Positions 44,836 to 54,236 of a stretch of DNA of 64,000 bases are shown here, one piece after another. The notes under the pieces were generated by a model. The model saw nothing but the letters and a program-made list of their open reading frames with translations. It made no database searches and was not told the origin of the DNA. Made by a program: the position numbers and the translations under genes. Source of the DNA: Myxococcota bacterium (GTDB taxonomy: Bacteria; Myxococcota_A; UBA9160; UBA6930); contig OZ245002.1 of assembly GCA_965223415.1 (NCBI GenBank), positions 1,664,001 to 1,728,000 on the forward strand, read 5' to 3'. The first letter of the stretch is position 1. The number at the start of each line of letters is the position of its first letter.

Positions 44836-45446
44836 AGCTGGATCCCCGAGAAGGACATGAAGGCGATCGCCATCAGGCCGACGGTGATGAAGGTGATGCC
44901 GAGGCCCCGCAGAGGCGCCGGGATGTCGTTGTACCGCAGCCGCTCGCGGACGGCGGCCAGGGCCACGATCGCCAGCGCCCAGCCGATGCCGGAGCCGATT
45001 CCGAACACCGTGGCTTCGCCCAGGGTGTAGTCGCGTTCGACCATGAAGAGCGCGCCGCCGAGGATCGCGCAGTTCACGGCGATGAGCGGGAGGAATACGC
45101 CGAGCGAGCCGTAGAGCGCGGGCGCGAAGCGGTCGATCACCATCTCGACGATCTGCACCGTGGCGGCGATGGTGCCGATCAGCACCAGGAAGCTCAGGAA
45201 GGAGAGGTTCACGTCCGCGCCACCGGGCAGCCAGGCCAGGGCACCCTCCTCCAGGAAACCCTTGTAGAGGACCTGGTTGAGCGGCGTCGTGAGACCGAGC
45301 ACGAAGATCACCGCGACGCCGAGGCCGATGGCGGTCTCCACCTTGCGCGAAACGGCCAGGAAGGAGCACATGCCCAGGAAGAAGGCCAGGGCCATGTTCT
45401 CGACGAAGATCGCCTTCGTCGCCAGGCTGAGGTAGTGCTCGAGCAT
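44832..45446 (-). CDS. nqrE: Na+-NQR subunit E
   Basis: [30 protein letters not shown]. Confidence 0.96.
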   Translation of the reverse strand: MLEHYLSLATKAIFVENMALAFFLGMCSFLAVSRKVETAIGLGVAVIFVLGLTTPLNQVLYKGFLEEGALAWLPGGADVNLSFLSFLVLIGTIAATVQIVEMVIDRFAPALYGSLGVFLPLIAVNCAILGGALFMVERDYTLGEATVFGIGSGIGWALAIVALAAVRERLRYNDIPAPLRGLGITFITVGLMAIAFMSFSGIQL

Positions 45447-46111
45447 CAGCGCAGCTCCGGATCCGGCGCGCCTTCGAGGAGCCCGACGTGGAACTCCTCC
45501 TCCACCTGCTCCGGCCGGAAGGCGCGCACGGCCCAGATGAAGCAGCCGATGAGGATGAAGGCGGCGGGCGCCAGCACCATCAAGCCGTTCGGGACGTACC
45601 AGCCGCCCTCGGAGACGGTCGGCAGGATGGTGACGCCGAAGAGCTTGCCGGCCCCGAAGAGCTCGCGGAGCGCGGCCACGACGATCAGCACCAGGGCGTA
45701 GCCACCGGCGTTGCCCACCGCGTCCAGAAAAGAGGGCCAGGGCTTGTTCTGCATCGCGAAGGCCTCCGCCCGACCCATGATGATGCAGTTGGTGATGATG
45801 AGACCGACGAAGACCGAGAGCTGGAGGCTGATCTCGTAGAGAAAGGCCTTCAGGAACTGGTCCGCGATCATCACCATCGAGGCGATGATCGTGAGCTGGG
45901 TGATGATGCGAACGCTCCCGGGGATGAGCGCCCGCAGCGCGCTCACCGCCACCGACGACGCGACCAGCACGAAGAGCACGGCGAAGCTCATCACGAGCGC
46001 CGTGTCCATCTTGGTCGTGACGGCCAGCGCCGAGCAGATGCCCAGCACCTGGAGACCGATCGGATTGTTGTCGACCAACGGGTCGAGCAGGATCTCCTGG
46101 GTCTTGCTCAT
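45446..46111 (-). CDS. nqrD: Na+-NQR subunit D
   Basis: [32 protein letters not shown]. Confidence 0.96.
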   Translation of the reverse strand: MSKTQEILLDPLVDNNPIGLQVLGICSALAVTTKMDTALVMSFAVLFVLVASSVAVSALRALIPGSVRIITQLTIIASMVMIADQFLKAFLYEISLQLSVFVGLIITNCIIMGRAEAFAMQNKPWPSFLDAVGNAGGYALVLIVVAALRELFGAGKLFGVTILPTVSEGGWYVPNGLMVLAPAAFILIGCFIWAVRAFRPEQVEEEFHVGLLEGAPDPELR

Positions 46112-46890
46112 CCCATCTCTCCTTGCTTCCGCAGCTCGGCCAGGTAGGGCCCGAAGCCCGAGCGGCCCAGCCAGAACTGCAGCATGTTCGATACGCCGTT
46201 GGACGTGAGGGTCGCGCCCGAGAGGCCGTCTACCTGGAAGGGATCGGCTTCCGGGGTGCCCGCGGCGCCCTTCTTCACCCGCAGCTGGGGTTCGCCCCTC
46301 CCGTCGAACACCTGGCGCCCGGGCCAGCGGGCCTTCCAGCTGGGGTTGTCCACCTCGCCGCCGAGACCCGGCGTCTCCTTGTGCTCGTAGAAGGTGATGC
46401 CGCGAACGGTCTGGATGTCCGAGCCGATCGCGATGTAGCCGTAGAGGGTGCCCCACAGCCCGTAGCCCTCGATCGGCAGGACGTAGCCGGCGACTCCGTC
46501 ACCATCCTTGATCCGGTAGACCACCGCATGGTTCGGCACGCGCCGCACCTTCGAGAGGTTGTCCGGCGCGGGCCGGCTGCGGGCCGGGTCCTTCGCGGCC
46601 TTGCGCTGGTCGTAGGAGAGCGGGTCGATGCCGTCGACGAGCTGACCGGTCGAGAGCTCCACCACCACGGCTTCGAGACCGCTCTCGAAACGCGCGTTCA
46701 GCTCCTCGGCCGAGAGACTCTCGTCGTCCCCGGCCAGGCCGGCCACGCCGAGCACCTTCTTGATGCGGTCGAGGCGCTGGTTCTCCACCTGCCGGTCGTG
46801 CAGGCCCACGGCCACCGCCGAGACCATCACCGAGAACACGATGCACAGCACCGTCGTGAAGATCACTGTGTGGCGCGTACTATGCTCCAC
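46108..46890 (-). CDS. nqrC: Na+-NQR subunit C
   Basis: GYGLWG, ETPGLG, FMN site [10 protein letters not shown]. Confidence 0.96.
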   Translation of the reverse strand: MEHSTRHTVIFTTVLCIVFSVMVSAVAVGLHDRQVENQRLDRIKKVLGVAGLAGDDESLSAEELNARFESGLEAVVVELSTGQLVDGIDPLSYDQRKAAKDPARSRPAPDNLSKVRRVPNHAVVYRIKDGDGVAGYVLPIEGYGLWGTLYGYIAIGSDIQTVRGITFYEHKETPGLGGEVDNPSWKARWPGRQVFDGRGEPQLRVKKGAAGTPEADPFQVDGLSGATLTSNGVSNMLQFWLGRSGFGPYLAELRKQGEMG

Positions 46891-48097
46891 TGCGGGCCAC
46901 CCTTCGCGCGATGTTGCGCCGGATCACGAAGTGATCGATCAGCGGCGCGAACATGTTCATGAAGAGGATCGCCAGCATCATGCCCTCCGGATAGGCGGGG
47001 TTGATGCAGCGGATGATCACGCAAAGCGCGCCGATCCCGAAGCCGTAGACCAGCTTGCCGCTCTCGGTGTAGGCCGACGAGACCGGATCCGTGCACATGA
47101 ACACCGTGCCGATGGCCCAGCCGCCCAGCACCATGTGCCAGTACCACTGGACACCGAACATCGGGTTCGTTTCGGAGCCGACGAAGTTCAGGAAGACGGC
47201 CATGGCGATGGTGCCGAGGGCCGTGCCGAGCATCGTCCGCCAGGAGCCCACCCCGGTCTGGATGAGCAGGCCCGCGCCGATGAGGCACGCCAGCGCCGAG
47301 GTCTCGCCCATCGAGCCCGGGATCGTGCCGATGAAGGCCGACCACCAGCTCGCCGTGTGCAGCACGCCTTCCTGGGCGGCGGCCTGGGCCAGGAGCGTGG
47401 CACCGGTGAAGCCGTCCACGTCGAGGAAGTCCGCGGCGATCCAGGGCCTGTCGCCGGAGATGTAGGCCGGATAGGCGAAGAACAGGAACGCGCGGCACAC
47501 CAGCGCCGGATTCAGGAAGTTCATCCCGGTGCCGCCGAACACTTCCTTGCCGATGATCAGCCCGAAGGCGGTGCCCAGGGCCACCTGCCACAGGGGGATG
47601 GTCGGCGGGAGGATCAGCGGGAGGAGCGCGCCGGTGACGAGGAAGCCCTCCGTCACCTCGAGATCGCGGATCTGCGCCGTGATGATCTCGATGCCAAGGC
47701 CGACGACGTGCACGACGACGAAGATGGGGAAGAAGTAGAGGGCGCCGAAGAGCGCGCACCACAGCACGTTGCCCGAAGCGTACTGGCCGCCCAGGGCCTG
47801 GAAGAGCGCGTTCTGCCAGTCGGGAAGGGGCGTCGCACCGGCCTCGATGGCGAGGAATGCCTGGTAGCCGGTGTTGAGGACGGCCACGAGCAGGCAGGGC
47901 CCGAGCGCCATCACCACGAGGAACATCATCCGCTTGTAGTCGAGGCCGTCGCGGACGTGGGAGCCGGTGCGCGTCTGGAAGCCGGGGCTGAAGGCGAGCG
48001 TGTCGACCGCCTCGAACGCCGAACCGAGAGCCTGAAATCGCCCCCCCTTGCTGACGTGGGGCTCGATCTTGTCCAGCAGGTCCCGCAGGAACTGCAT
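46880..48097 (-). CDS. nqrB: Na+-NQR subunit B
   Basis: HVRDGLDYKRMM, KEVFGGTGMNFLNPAL, DGFTGAT, NPAYPEGMM. Confidence 0.96.
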   Translation of the reverse strand: MQFLRDLLDKIEPHVSKGGRFQALGSAFEAVDTLAFSPGFQTRTGSHVRDGLDYKRMMFLVVMALGPCLLVAVLNTGYQAFLAIEAGATPLPDWQNALFQALGGQYASGNVLWCALFGALYFFPIFVVVHVVGLGIEIITAQIRDLEVTEGFLVTGALLPLILPPTIPLWQVALGTAFGLIIGKEVFGGTGMNFLNPALVCRAFLFFAYPAYISGDRPWIAADFLDVDGFTGATLLAQAAAQEGVLHTASWWSAFIGTIPGSMGETSALACLIGAGLLIQTGVGSWRTMLGTALGTIAMAVFLNFVGSETNPMFGVQWYWHMVLGGWAIGTVFMCTDPVSSAYTESGKLVYGFGIGALCVIIRCINPAYPEGMMLAILFMNMFAPLIDHFVIRRNIARRVARSGA

Positions 48098-49479
48098 CAG
48101 CCCTCCTTCTCGATGCGCTCGAGGTTCTTGCGCAGGATGGGCCCGAACTCGGTCTTGCCCGGGCAGACGAAGGTGCAGAGCGCCAGGTCTTCCTCGTCGA
48201 GCTCGAGGGCGCCGAGTTGCTCGGCCTGCTCGATGTCGCCGACCATGAGCGAGCGCAGCAGGTAGGTGGCCAGGATGTCCATCGGCATCACCTTCTCGTA
48301 GGTGCCGAGGGGGAAGACCGGCCGGTAGCTGCCGTTCGTGTCGGTGGTCATGTCGAACTTCGTTCCCGGCAGGAGCCGAGAGAGGAAGACCGGCAGGATC
48401 GAGAACTTGCCGAAGCCCGGCTCGATCCAGCCCAGGAACTTGCGTCCGCCCTGGCGGACGGCGCTCACCTGCACGTGGTAGCGGCCCAGGTAGCCGAACT
48501 CGGGACCCATGGCCTTCTTGCCCGAGACGACCGAGCCCGAGATCACGCGAACTTCGCCCTCGCGCTCGTCGATCTCGCCATGGGTGAGCTCGTCGAGGTT
48601 GGCGCCGAGGCGCGTGCGGACGAGCCGCGGGTTCGGCACCGGTGGTCCGGCGAAAGAGACGACGCGCTCGACGGGCAGCACGCCGGTCTCCGCGAGGCGG
48701 CCGAGGGCGATCACGTCCTGGTAGCCGATGTGCCAGGACGTGCGGCTGCGGGAGACCGGTGCCAGCAGGTGCATGTGCAGACCGGGGTTGCCGGCCGGAT
48801 GCGGCCCCGCGAACACCTCCACCTGGGCGGGGGAGTCGACGCCGCCGCGCACGCTGGACTCGTCGCTGACACACAAGTAGGTCGGCCCGTCGCAGAGCTT
48901 GTCCACGAGGCGGAGCCCGAGCTGGAAGGCGGCGGTCGCCTCGTCGACGACGGTGCTGGGTGAAGGCGCCAACGGGTTCGTGTCGATCGCCGTGACGAAG
49001 AGCGCCTGGGCCTTGTCCTCGGGAAGCGGGACCTTGCTGTACGGGCGCCCGCGCACGGCCGTCCACAATCCGGACTCGACCATGAGCGCGCGCACGTCGT
49101 CGCCGCTCCAGGCGAGGGGATCGCCGCCGCGCCAGGACGCGAAGCGCTGGAGCTCCTCGTCACCGGGACGGCCGGCGCGCTCGGTGGGCGAGAGCTCGAT
49201 CACGAGGGAGCGGAGCACCCGGCGCGCGCCGCGGAAGACCGCCTGCACCCGCCCGGCACCCGGCGCCGTGTAGCGGATGCCCGGCCGCAGCCGGTCCTCG
49301 AAGAGGAGCTGGCCGCGCTGGACCGTGTCGCCCTCGGCGACGGCCAGGCGCGCCCGGACGCCCGGCGTGTCGTCGCCCATCACCGCCACCCGACCGATCT
49401 CCGGCCCGGCGTGGATCGCCTGTTCGGGGTCGCCCGCGATGGGCAGATCCAGACCCCTCCTGACCCGGTGCACCGCCAT
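48097..49479 (-). CDS. nqrA: Na+-NQR subunit A
   Basis: GLDLPIAG, DTNPLA, GPHPAG, ELDEEDLALCTFVCPGK. Confidence 0.96.
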   Translation of the reverse strand: MAVHRVRRGLDLPIAGDPEQAIHAGPEIGRVAVMGDDTPGVRARLAVAEGDTVQRGQLLFEDRLRPGIRYTAPGAGRVQAVFRGARRVLRSLVIELSPTERAGRPGDEELQRFASWRGGDPLAWSGDDVRALMVESGLWTAVRGRPYSKVPLPEDKAQALFVTAIDTNPLAPSPSTVVDEATAAFQLGLRLVDKLCDGPTYLCVSDESSVRGGVDSPAQVEVFAGPHPAGNPGLHMHLLAPVSRSRTSWHIGYQDVIALGRLAETGVLPVERVVSFAGPPVPNPRLVRTRLGANLDELTHGEIDEREGEVRVISGSVVSGKKAMGPEFGYLGRYHVQVSAVRQGGRKFLGWIEPGFGKFSILPVFLSRLLPGTKFDMTTDTNGSYRPVFPLGTYEKVMPMDILATYLLRSLMVGDIEQAEQLGALELDEEDLALCTFVCPGKTEFGPILRKNLERIEKEG

Positions 49480-49636
49480 GCGCGACGCTCCCCCTTGGCC
49501 CCGGGGGCACTGGGAGCCCCGGGCCTCGACGGGCGCGGATCCTAGCGTCCGCGATCGATTTCGCTAGCGGAAACAGCGGCTTGACCGGATCTGATATGCT
49601 GGGGACGTCGGGGGGGTGAACCGAGAGGAGGACCTC

Positions 49637-50125
49637 ATGGAGACGCCCCATGTGCCGCTGGCCCGGGAGATCATGACCCGGCGCCTGGTGACCCTGCGCC
49701 CGGAGATGCCGGCCCTCGAGGCCGCCGCCCTGCTGCTCAAGCACGGCATTTCCGGCGCCCCGGTGGTGGACGACGAGGGCCACCTCCTGGGCCTGGTGAG
49801 CGAGTACGACTGCCTGCGTGCGGTCGCCTCCGCCGACTACGAGATGGACGCCCACGACGCCATCGAGGCGGTCGAGGAGCTGATGAGCAAGGATTGCGTG
49901 ACGGTCGGCCCCGAGATGGAGCTGTTCGCCATCGCCCATGAGTTCGTGGTCCGGCGCATGCGGCGCTTCCCGGTGATCGAGAACGGCAAGCTGATCGGCC
50001 AGGTGAGCCGCCGCGACGCTCTCAAGGCCGCGGTCGCCCTGCGCAAGAAGATGGCCGGCAGCCGCCACCACTACCCCGACTACCCTCGAGGCCGAGAGCC
50101 CATCCGCAACTACCCCGGCCGCTGA
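49637..50125 (+). CDS. CBS domain pair protein
   Basis: ISGAPVVDDEG.LLGLVSEYDCL, RRFPVIENGKLIGQVSRRD; GAGGAGG RBS. Confidence 0.92.
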   Translation: METPHVPLAREIMTRRLVTLRPEMPALEAAALLLKHGISGAPVVDDEGHLLGLVSEYDCLRAVASADYEMDAHDAIEAVEELMSKDCVTVGPEMELFAIAHEFVVRRMRRFPVIENGKLIGQVSRRDALKAAVALRKKMAGSRHHYPDYPRGREPIRNYPGR

Positions 50126-50136
50126 CCCCCGGGGAC

Positions 50137-51129
50137 AAGAAACGGGGCCAGAGTTTAGAATTCAGTTGTCGGCGAGTTCGACGTCGGCGGCGAGCCGGCG
50201 CCCCCGCTCCACGGCCTGACTGATCGCCGATGGTGTGGCACCGAGGGCCGCTGCCACCAGCCGCCCGGGGATCCCGAGCTCCCGCACGGCGAGGTAGGCG
50301 GCGATCGCGCGGGCCCGCGAGGAGGCGCGGTCCCTCGCTCCGTGGGCCACCGCCTCGGGCGTGGCCCCTGCGCCGCGGCAGACCCGCCCGAGCAGCTCCT
50401 CCAGAGACGGCTCGTCCGTCAGCCGAACGACCCGGGCCCGGGGATCCGGGGTCCATCCGGCCGCCGAGGGATCCGGGGCTCGCGCGACCCGCTCGCGAAG
50501 GGCGTCGCGTGCGGCAAGCGACTCGGGGCCGGCCAGAGCCAGCGCATCCTCGATGCGCTCGAACGCCCGCGGCTCCCGCTTCCCCACCAGCGCCGAGTAG
50601 CTGCTCCACGGCCAGTCGGCGAGCTCCTCGACGGACGTGACGATGCCCGCCTCGAGCGGGTTGCGGCAGACGTAGGCGATCACCCCGAGAAGATCGGCGT
50701 CGTCCTCGATCCCGCGCGACTTGTATCGGCCCTGATTGACGTAGCCCACCCGGTCGTGCCGCCGGTTGAAGGCGCTGGCGTAGCCACCGTTCAGCCGAGC
50801 CATGAAGCGCGAGAGCGGAACCGGCCCGGTGCGCAGCACCAGATGGAAGTGGTTCGCCATCAGGACGAACGCGAAGCAGAGGAAGCCCAGCTCCTGAATC
50901 AGGCGATCGAGCCGCTCGAGGAGGTCGAGCCGGTCCACGTCCGAGTGGAAGATGGCGCGGCGCTCGAGGCCCCGGACCATCACGTGGTGAGCGGTTCCAG
51001 GAGCGTCCCAGCGAGGAGAACGTGCCATGACGTGCCTCGGGACCGGGGACCGCGAGGCTAGCGGCCCGCGAGGATGCAAGCGAGCTCCCCGCCGCCGTAA
51101 CTGAATTCTTGACTCTGGCCCCGTTTCTT
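50137..51129. mobile_element. RAYT/IS200-like element bounded by 31-bp inverted repeats
   Basis: AAGAAACGGGGCCAGAGTTTAGAATTCAGTT at 50137-50167 and AACTGAATTCTTGACTCTGGCCCCGTTTCTT at 51099-51129 match at 29/31. Confidence 0.8.
50162..51028 (-). CDS. Y1 HUH transposase (RAYT-like) with C-terminal HTH
   Basis: HHVMVRG, LMANHFHL (HUH), QGRYKS, YVCRNPLEAG, WPWSSY; C-terminal ARAIAAYLA..LG..VAAALG.TPSAIS. Confidence 0.9.
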   Translation of the reverse strand: MARSPRWDAPGTAHHVMVRGLERRAIFHSDVDRLDLLERLDRLIQELGFLCFAFVLMANHFHLVLRTGPVPLSRFMARLNGGYASAFNRRHDRVGYVNQGRYKSRGIEDDADLLGVIAYVCRNPLEAGIVTSVEELADWPWSSYSALVGKREPRAFERIEDALALAGPESLAARDALRERVARAPDPSAAGWTPDPRARVVRLTDEPSLEELLGRVCRGAGATPEAVAHGARDRASSRARAIAAYLAVRELGIPGRLVAAALGATPSAISQAVERGRRLAADVELADN

Positions 51130-52613
51130 TATCTGGCGAGGGCGGCGATGGATTGGTGGGTCCAGTCGAGGAGGGGGAGCCAGGTGAAGGTGCCGGGGGC
51201 GAGGCCCAGGAGGAGCACGCCGGCGGCGCAGCTGGTGAGCACGGCCAGCTCGAGGAAGTCGAGCTCGCGGCGGTGGGGGCGCTCGCGGCGCGGGCGCATG
51301 TACATCGCGATCGGCAGGCGCAGGTAGTAGTAGGCGGAGACGACGCTCGTCACCGCCAGCAGCAGGGCCAGGGGCAGCTGGCCCGCGCTCACGGCGGCCA
51401 GGAAGATCTGGAGCTTGCCCATGAACCCGGCGGTGCCGGGAATGCCGGCGAGGGACAGCATGAAGAGCACCATCAGCGCCGCCAGCCCGGGGCGCCGCTT
51501 CGCCAGGCCGTCGTAGTCCTCGAAGCGGTCGGCCTCCTCGCCACGATGGGTGAGCGAGATCATCACGGCGAAGGCGCCGAGGGTCCCGAACACGTAGGCG
51601 GCCAGGGTGAAGAGGAGCGCCGCGCGGCCGTCGGCGGTGCCGCCGGCCAGGGGAACGAGCAGGTAGCCCGCATGCGCCACCGCCGACCAGGCGAGCATGC
51701 GCTTCACGTTGGCCTGGATCACGGCCATCATGTTGCCGACGATCATGCTCGCCACCGCGAGGGCCGCGAGCACTGCGTCGAGATCCGCCACGCCGCCGAA
51801 CGCCTGGGCCAGCACCCGTAGCAACGCCGCGAAGGCGGCGACCTTCACGGTGACGGCCATGAACGCCGTCACCGCCGTCGGCGCGCCTTCATAGACATCC
51901 GGCGTCCACTGATGGAAGGGCACCGAGGAGGTCTTGAAGGCGAAGCCCACCAGCACGAGCGCCACACCCGCCACCCCCAGCGGATCGCCGGGGGTGAGGC
52001 GCTGCGCGAGCGCGTCGTAGTGCGTGGCACCGGTCGCGCCGTAGACCAGGGCCATCCCGTAGAGCAGGAGCGCCGTCGCGAAGGACCCGGTGACGAAGTA
52101 CTTGAGGGCGGACTCGTTGCTGCGCAGCTTGCCCCGGTCGAAGCCGGCCAGCACATAGAGGGGAATCGACGCGAGCTCGATGCCGAGAAAGACGCCCAGC
52201 AAGTCGACCGCCGAGACGAGCAGCGCCATACCCGCCGTCGAGAGGAGCAGCAGCGCGTAGAACTCGCCGTTGTGGATGCGCAGCTCCTGCAGGTAGCCAT
52301 TCGCCAGGAGACAGGCGAGCAGGGCCGCCAACGCGACCAGGGCGATAGCGAAGTTGGAGAAGCGGTCGAGCCGCAGGAGCGGGTGAGCCGGGTTGAAGGT
52401 CTGCGCCTCGCCGACGGCGAAGCCCTGGGCGGCAATCACCACCACGAGCAGCAGGGTGATGCCAGACACCCCGACCAGCACGCTCCCCGCCCCGCTCTTC
52501 CCCGTGCCTCGCGCGTTCAGGAAGAGCTCTGCGAGCAGTACCGCGAAGGCCCCGATCGCCAGGAACAGCACCGGCAGCACCGCGCCGAGGTCGAGGGACG
52601 GAGTGGGGATCAT
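51129..52613 (-). CDS. nuoN: NADH-quinone oxidoreductase subunit N
   Basis: ESALKYF, FKTSSVPFHQWTPDVYEGAP, KRMLAWS, SLAGIP. Confidence 0.95.
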   Translation of the reverse strand: MIPTPSLDLGAVLPVLFLAIGAFAVLLAELFLNARGTGKSGAGSVLVGVSGITLLLVVVIAAQGFAVGEAQTFNPAHPLLRLDRFSNFAIALVALAALLACLLANGYLQELRIHNGEFYALLLLSTAGMALLVSAVDLLGVFLGIELASIPLYVLAGFDRGKLRSNESALKYFVTGSFATALLLYGMALVYGATGATHYDALAQRLTPGDPLGVAGVALVLVGFAFKTSSVPFHQWTPDVYEGAPTAVTAFMAVTVKVAAFAALLRVLAQAFGGVADLDAVLAALAVASMIVGNMMAVIQANVKRMLAWSAVAHAGYLLVPLAGGTADGRAALLFTLAAYVFGTLGAFAVMISLTHRGEEADRFEDYDGLAKRRPGLAALMVLFMLSLAGIPGTAGFMGKLQIFLAAVSAGQLPLALLLAVTSVVSAYYYLRLPIAMYMRPRRERPHRRELDFLELAVLTSCAAGVLLLGLAPGTFTWLPLLDWTHQSIAALAR

Positions 52614-54229
52614 CGCCGCTCCAGGGCGGTCTGGATCCCGGGCGTCGCCGGGGGCTCGGCGGTGAGCGCCATCCGCACATCCATCACCCGCAGCGTCTCG
52701 CGCACCGAGGGGTGAATGCGCTTCAGGAAGGTCTCGGGATGAACGCCGATCCAGAAGATGGGGACGAGAAGCGCGACGAGCACCGCTTTCTCGCGGCCAC
52801 CGAGGTCGATCAACCCCCGATTCTCCGCCACCTCGACCGGGCCGAAGAGGACGCGCCGCATCATCCACAGCATGTAGACGGCGGCGAGCACCACTCCGGC
52901 GGTCGCCGCCGCCCCGACGGCGGCGTTCACGCGGAACGTACCCAGCAGGATCAAGAACTCGCCGACGAAGCCGTTCAGCATCGGAAGGCCGATGCTCGAG
53001 AAGACCACCACACCGAAGATCGCTGCGAAGACCGGCATCGGCTTCGCGATGCCGCCGAACTCGGCGATCTCCCGGGTGTGCCGGCGCTCGTAGAGCATGC
53101 CGACCATCAGGAAGGCGGCGCCGGTGCTGATGCCGTGGTTCACCATCTGGAGCACGCTGCCTTCGAGGCCTTCGACGTTCAGGGCGAAGATCCCAAGCAT
53201 CACGAAGCCCAGGTGCGCGACGGACGAGTAGGCCACGAGCCGCTTGACGTCGCTCTGCACCATCGCGACCAGCGCCCCGTAGAGGATGCCCGCCAGGGCG
53301 AGGCCGAAGAAGAGGGGCACGGCCTCCGTCGCCGCGACGGGGAAGAGCGGCAGCGCGAAGCGCAGGAATCCATAGCCGCCCATCTTGAGGAGCACGCCCG
53401 CCAGAAGCACCGAACCTGCGGTGGGTGCCTCGGTGTGGGCGTCGGGCAGCCAGGTGTGCAGGGGCACGAGCGGCACCTTGATCGCGAAGGCCAGGGCGAA
53501 GGCGCCGAAGAGCCAGCCCTGGGTCTGCCACCAGGGCACGCCCGCGAGAGGGACGATCGTGTCGAGCAGCGCCGGAGCCTGGCTCCCGGGCGGCGCCATC
53601 AGGTCGAAGCTCCAGGTGCCGAACTGCTGGGCGTGCATCCAGGCCAGGACGACCAGTGCCACCAGCATGAGGAGCGACCCGAGCATCGTGAACAGGAAGA
53701 ACTTCACCGCCGCGTACACGCGATGAGCACCGCCCCAGATGCCGATCAGGAAGACCATCGGCACGAGCATCAGCTCCCAGAAGACGTAGAACTGCAGCAC
53801 GTTCAGCGACGCGAAGGTGCCGAGCATGCCCGTCTCCAGGAACAGGAGGAAGAAGACGTAGCCGCGCAGCGAGCGCAGGACCTCGTTCCAGGAAGCGATC
53901 AGCACGAGGGGAACCAGGAAGGCGGTGAGCAGGACGAGCATCAGACTGATGCCGTCGAGGCCGACGTACCAGCTGATGCCCAGCGCCGGAATCCACGTCG
54001 TGTGCTCGACGAACTGCATCTCCAGGAGCGTCGGGTCGTAGCGGATCCAGAGCAGCGCTCCGAGCACCAGCGTGGCCAACGAGGCGCCGAGCCCGAGCCC
54101 CCGCCACACCTGGACCGGCACGCTTCCTCCCGCCGCGCGAGCCACGCCGTCGAGGGCGAGGAGCAGGAGGGCCGCCGCGAGCGGAAGGAAGATCACCCAG
54201 GCCAGCAGGTTGGGGAGCTCGGTCACCAC
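52610..54229 (-). CDS. nuoM: NADH-quinone oxidoreductase subunit M
   Basis: YVFWELMLVP, KVPLVPLHTWLPDAH, LLKMGGYG, GFVGEF. Confidence 0.96.
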   Translation of the reverse strand: MVTELPNLLAWVIFLPLAAALLLLALDGVARAAGGSVPVQVWRGLGLGASLATLVLGALLWIRYDPTLLEMQFVEHTTWIPALGISWYVGLDGISLMLVLLTAFLVPLVLIASWNEVLRSLRGYVFFLLFLETGMLGTFASLNVLQFYVFWELMLVPMVFLIGIWGGAHRVYAAVKFFLFTMLGSLLMLVALVVLAWMHAQQFGTWSFDLMAPPGSQAPALLDTIVPLAGVPWWQTQGWLFGAFALAFAIKVPLVPLHTWLPDAHTEAPTAGSVLLAGVLLKMGGYGFLRFALPLFPVAATEAVPLFFGLALAGILYGALVAMVQSDVKRLVAYSSVAHLGFVMLGIFALNVEGLEGSVLQMVNHGISTGAAFLMVGMLYERRHTREIAEFGGIAKPMPVFAAIFGVVVFSSIGLPMLNGFVGEFLILLGTFRVNAAVGAAATAGVVLAAVYMLWMMRRVLFGPVEVAENRGLIDLGGREKAVLVALLVPIFWIGVHPETFLKRIHPSVRETLRVMDVRMALTAEPPATPGIQTALERR

Positions 54230-54236
54230 CGCCCCC

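Noticed and set aside
43609..49479. Rnf complex instead of NQR
   Set aside because: NqrA and NqrF signatures, the ABCDEF order and nqrM identify Na+-NQR.
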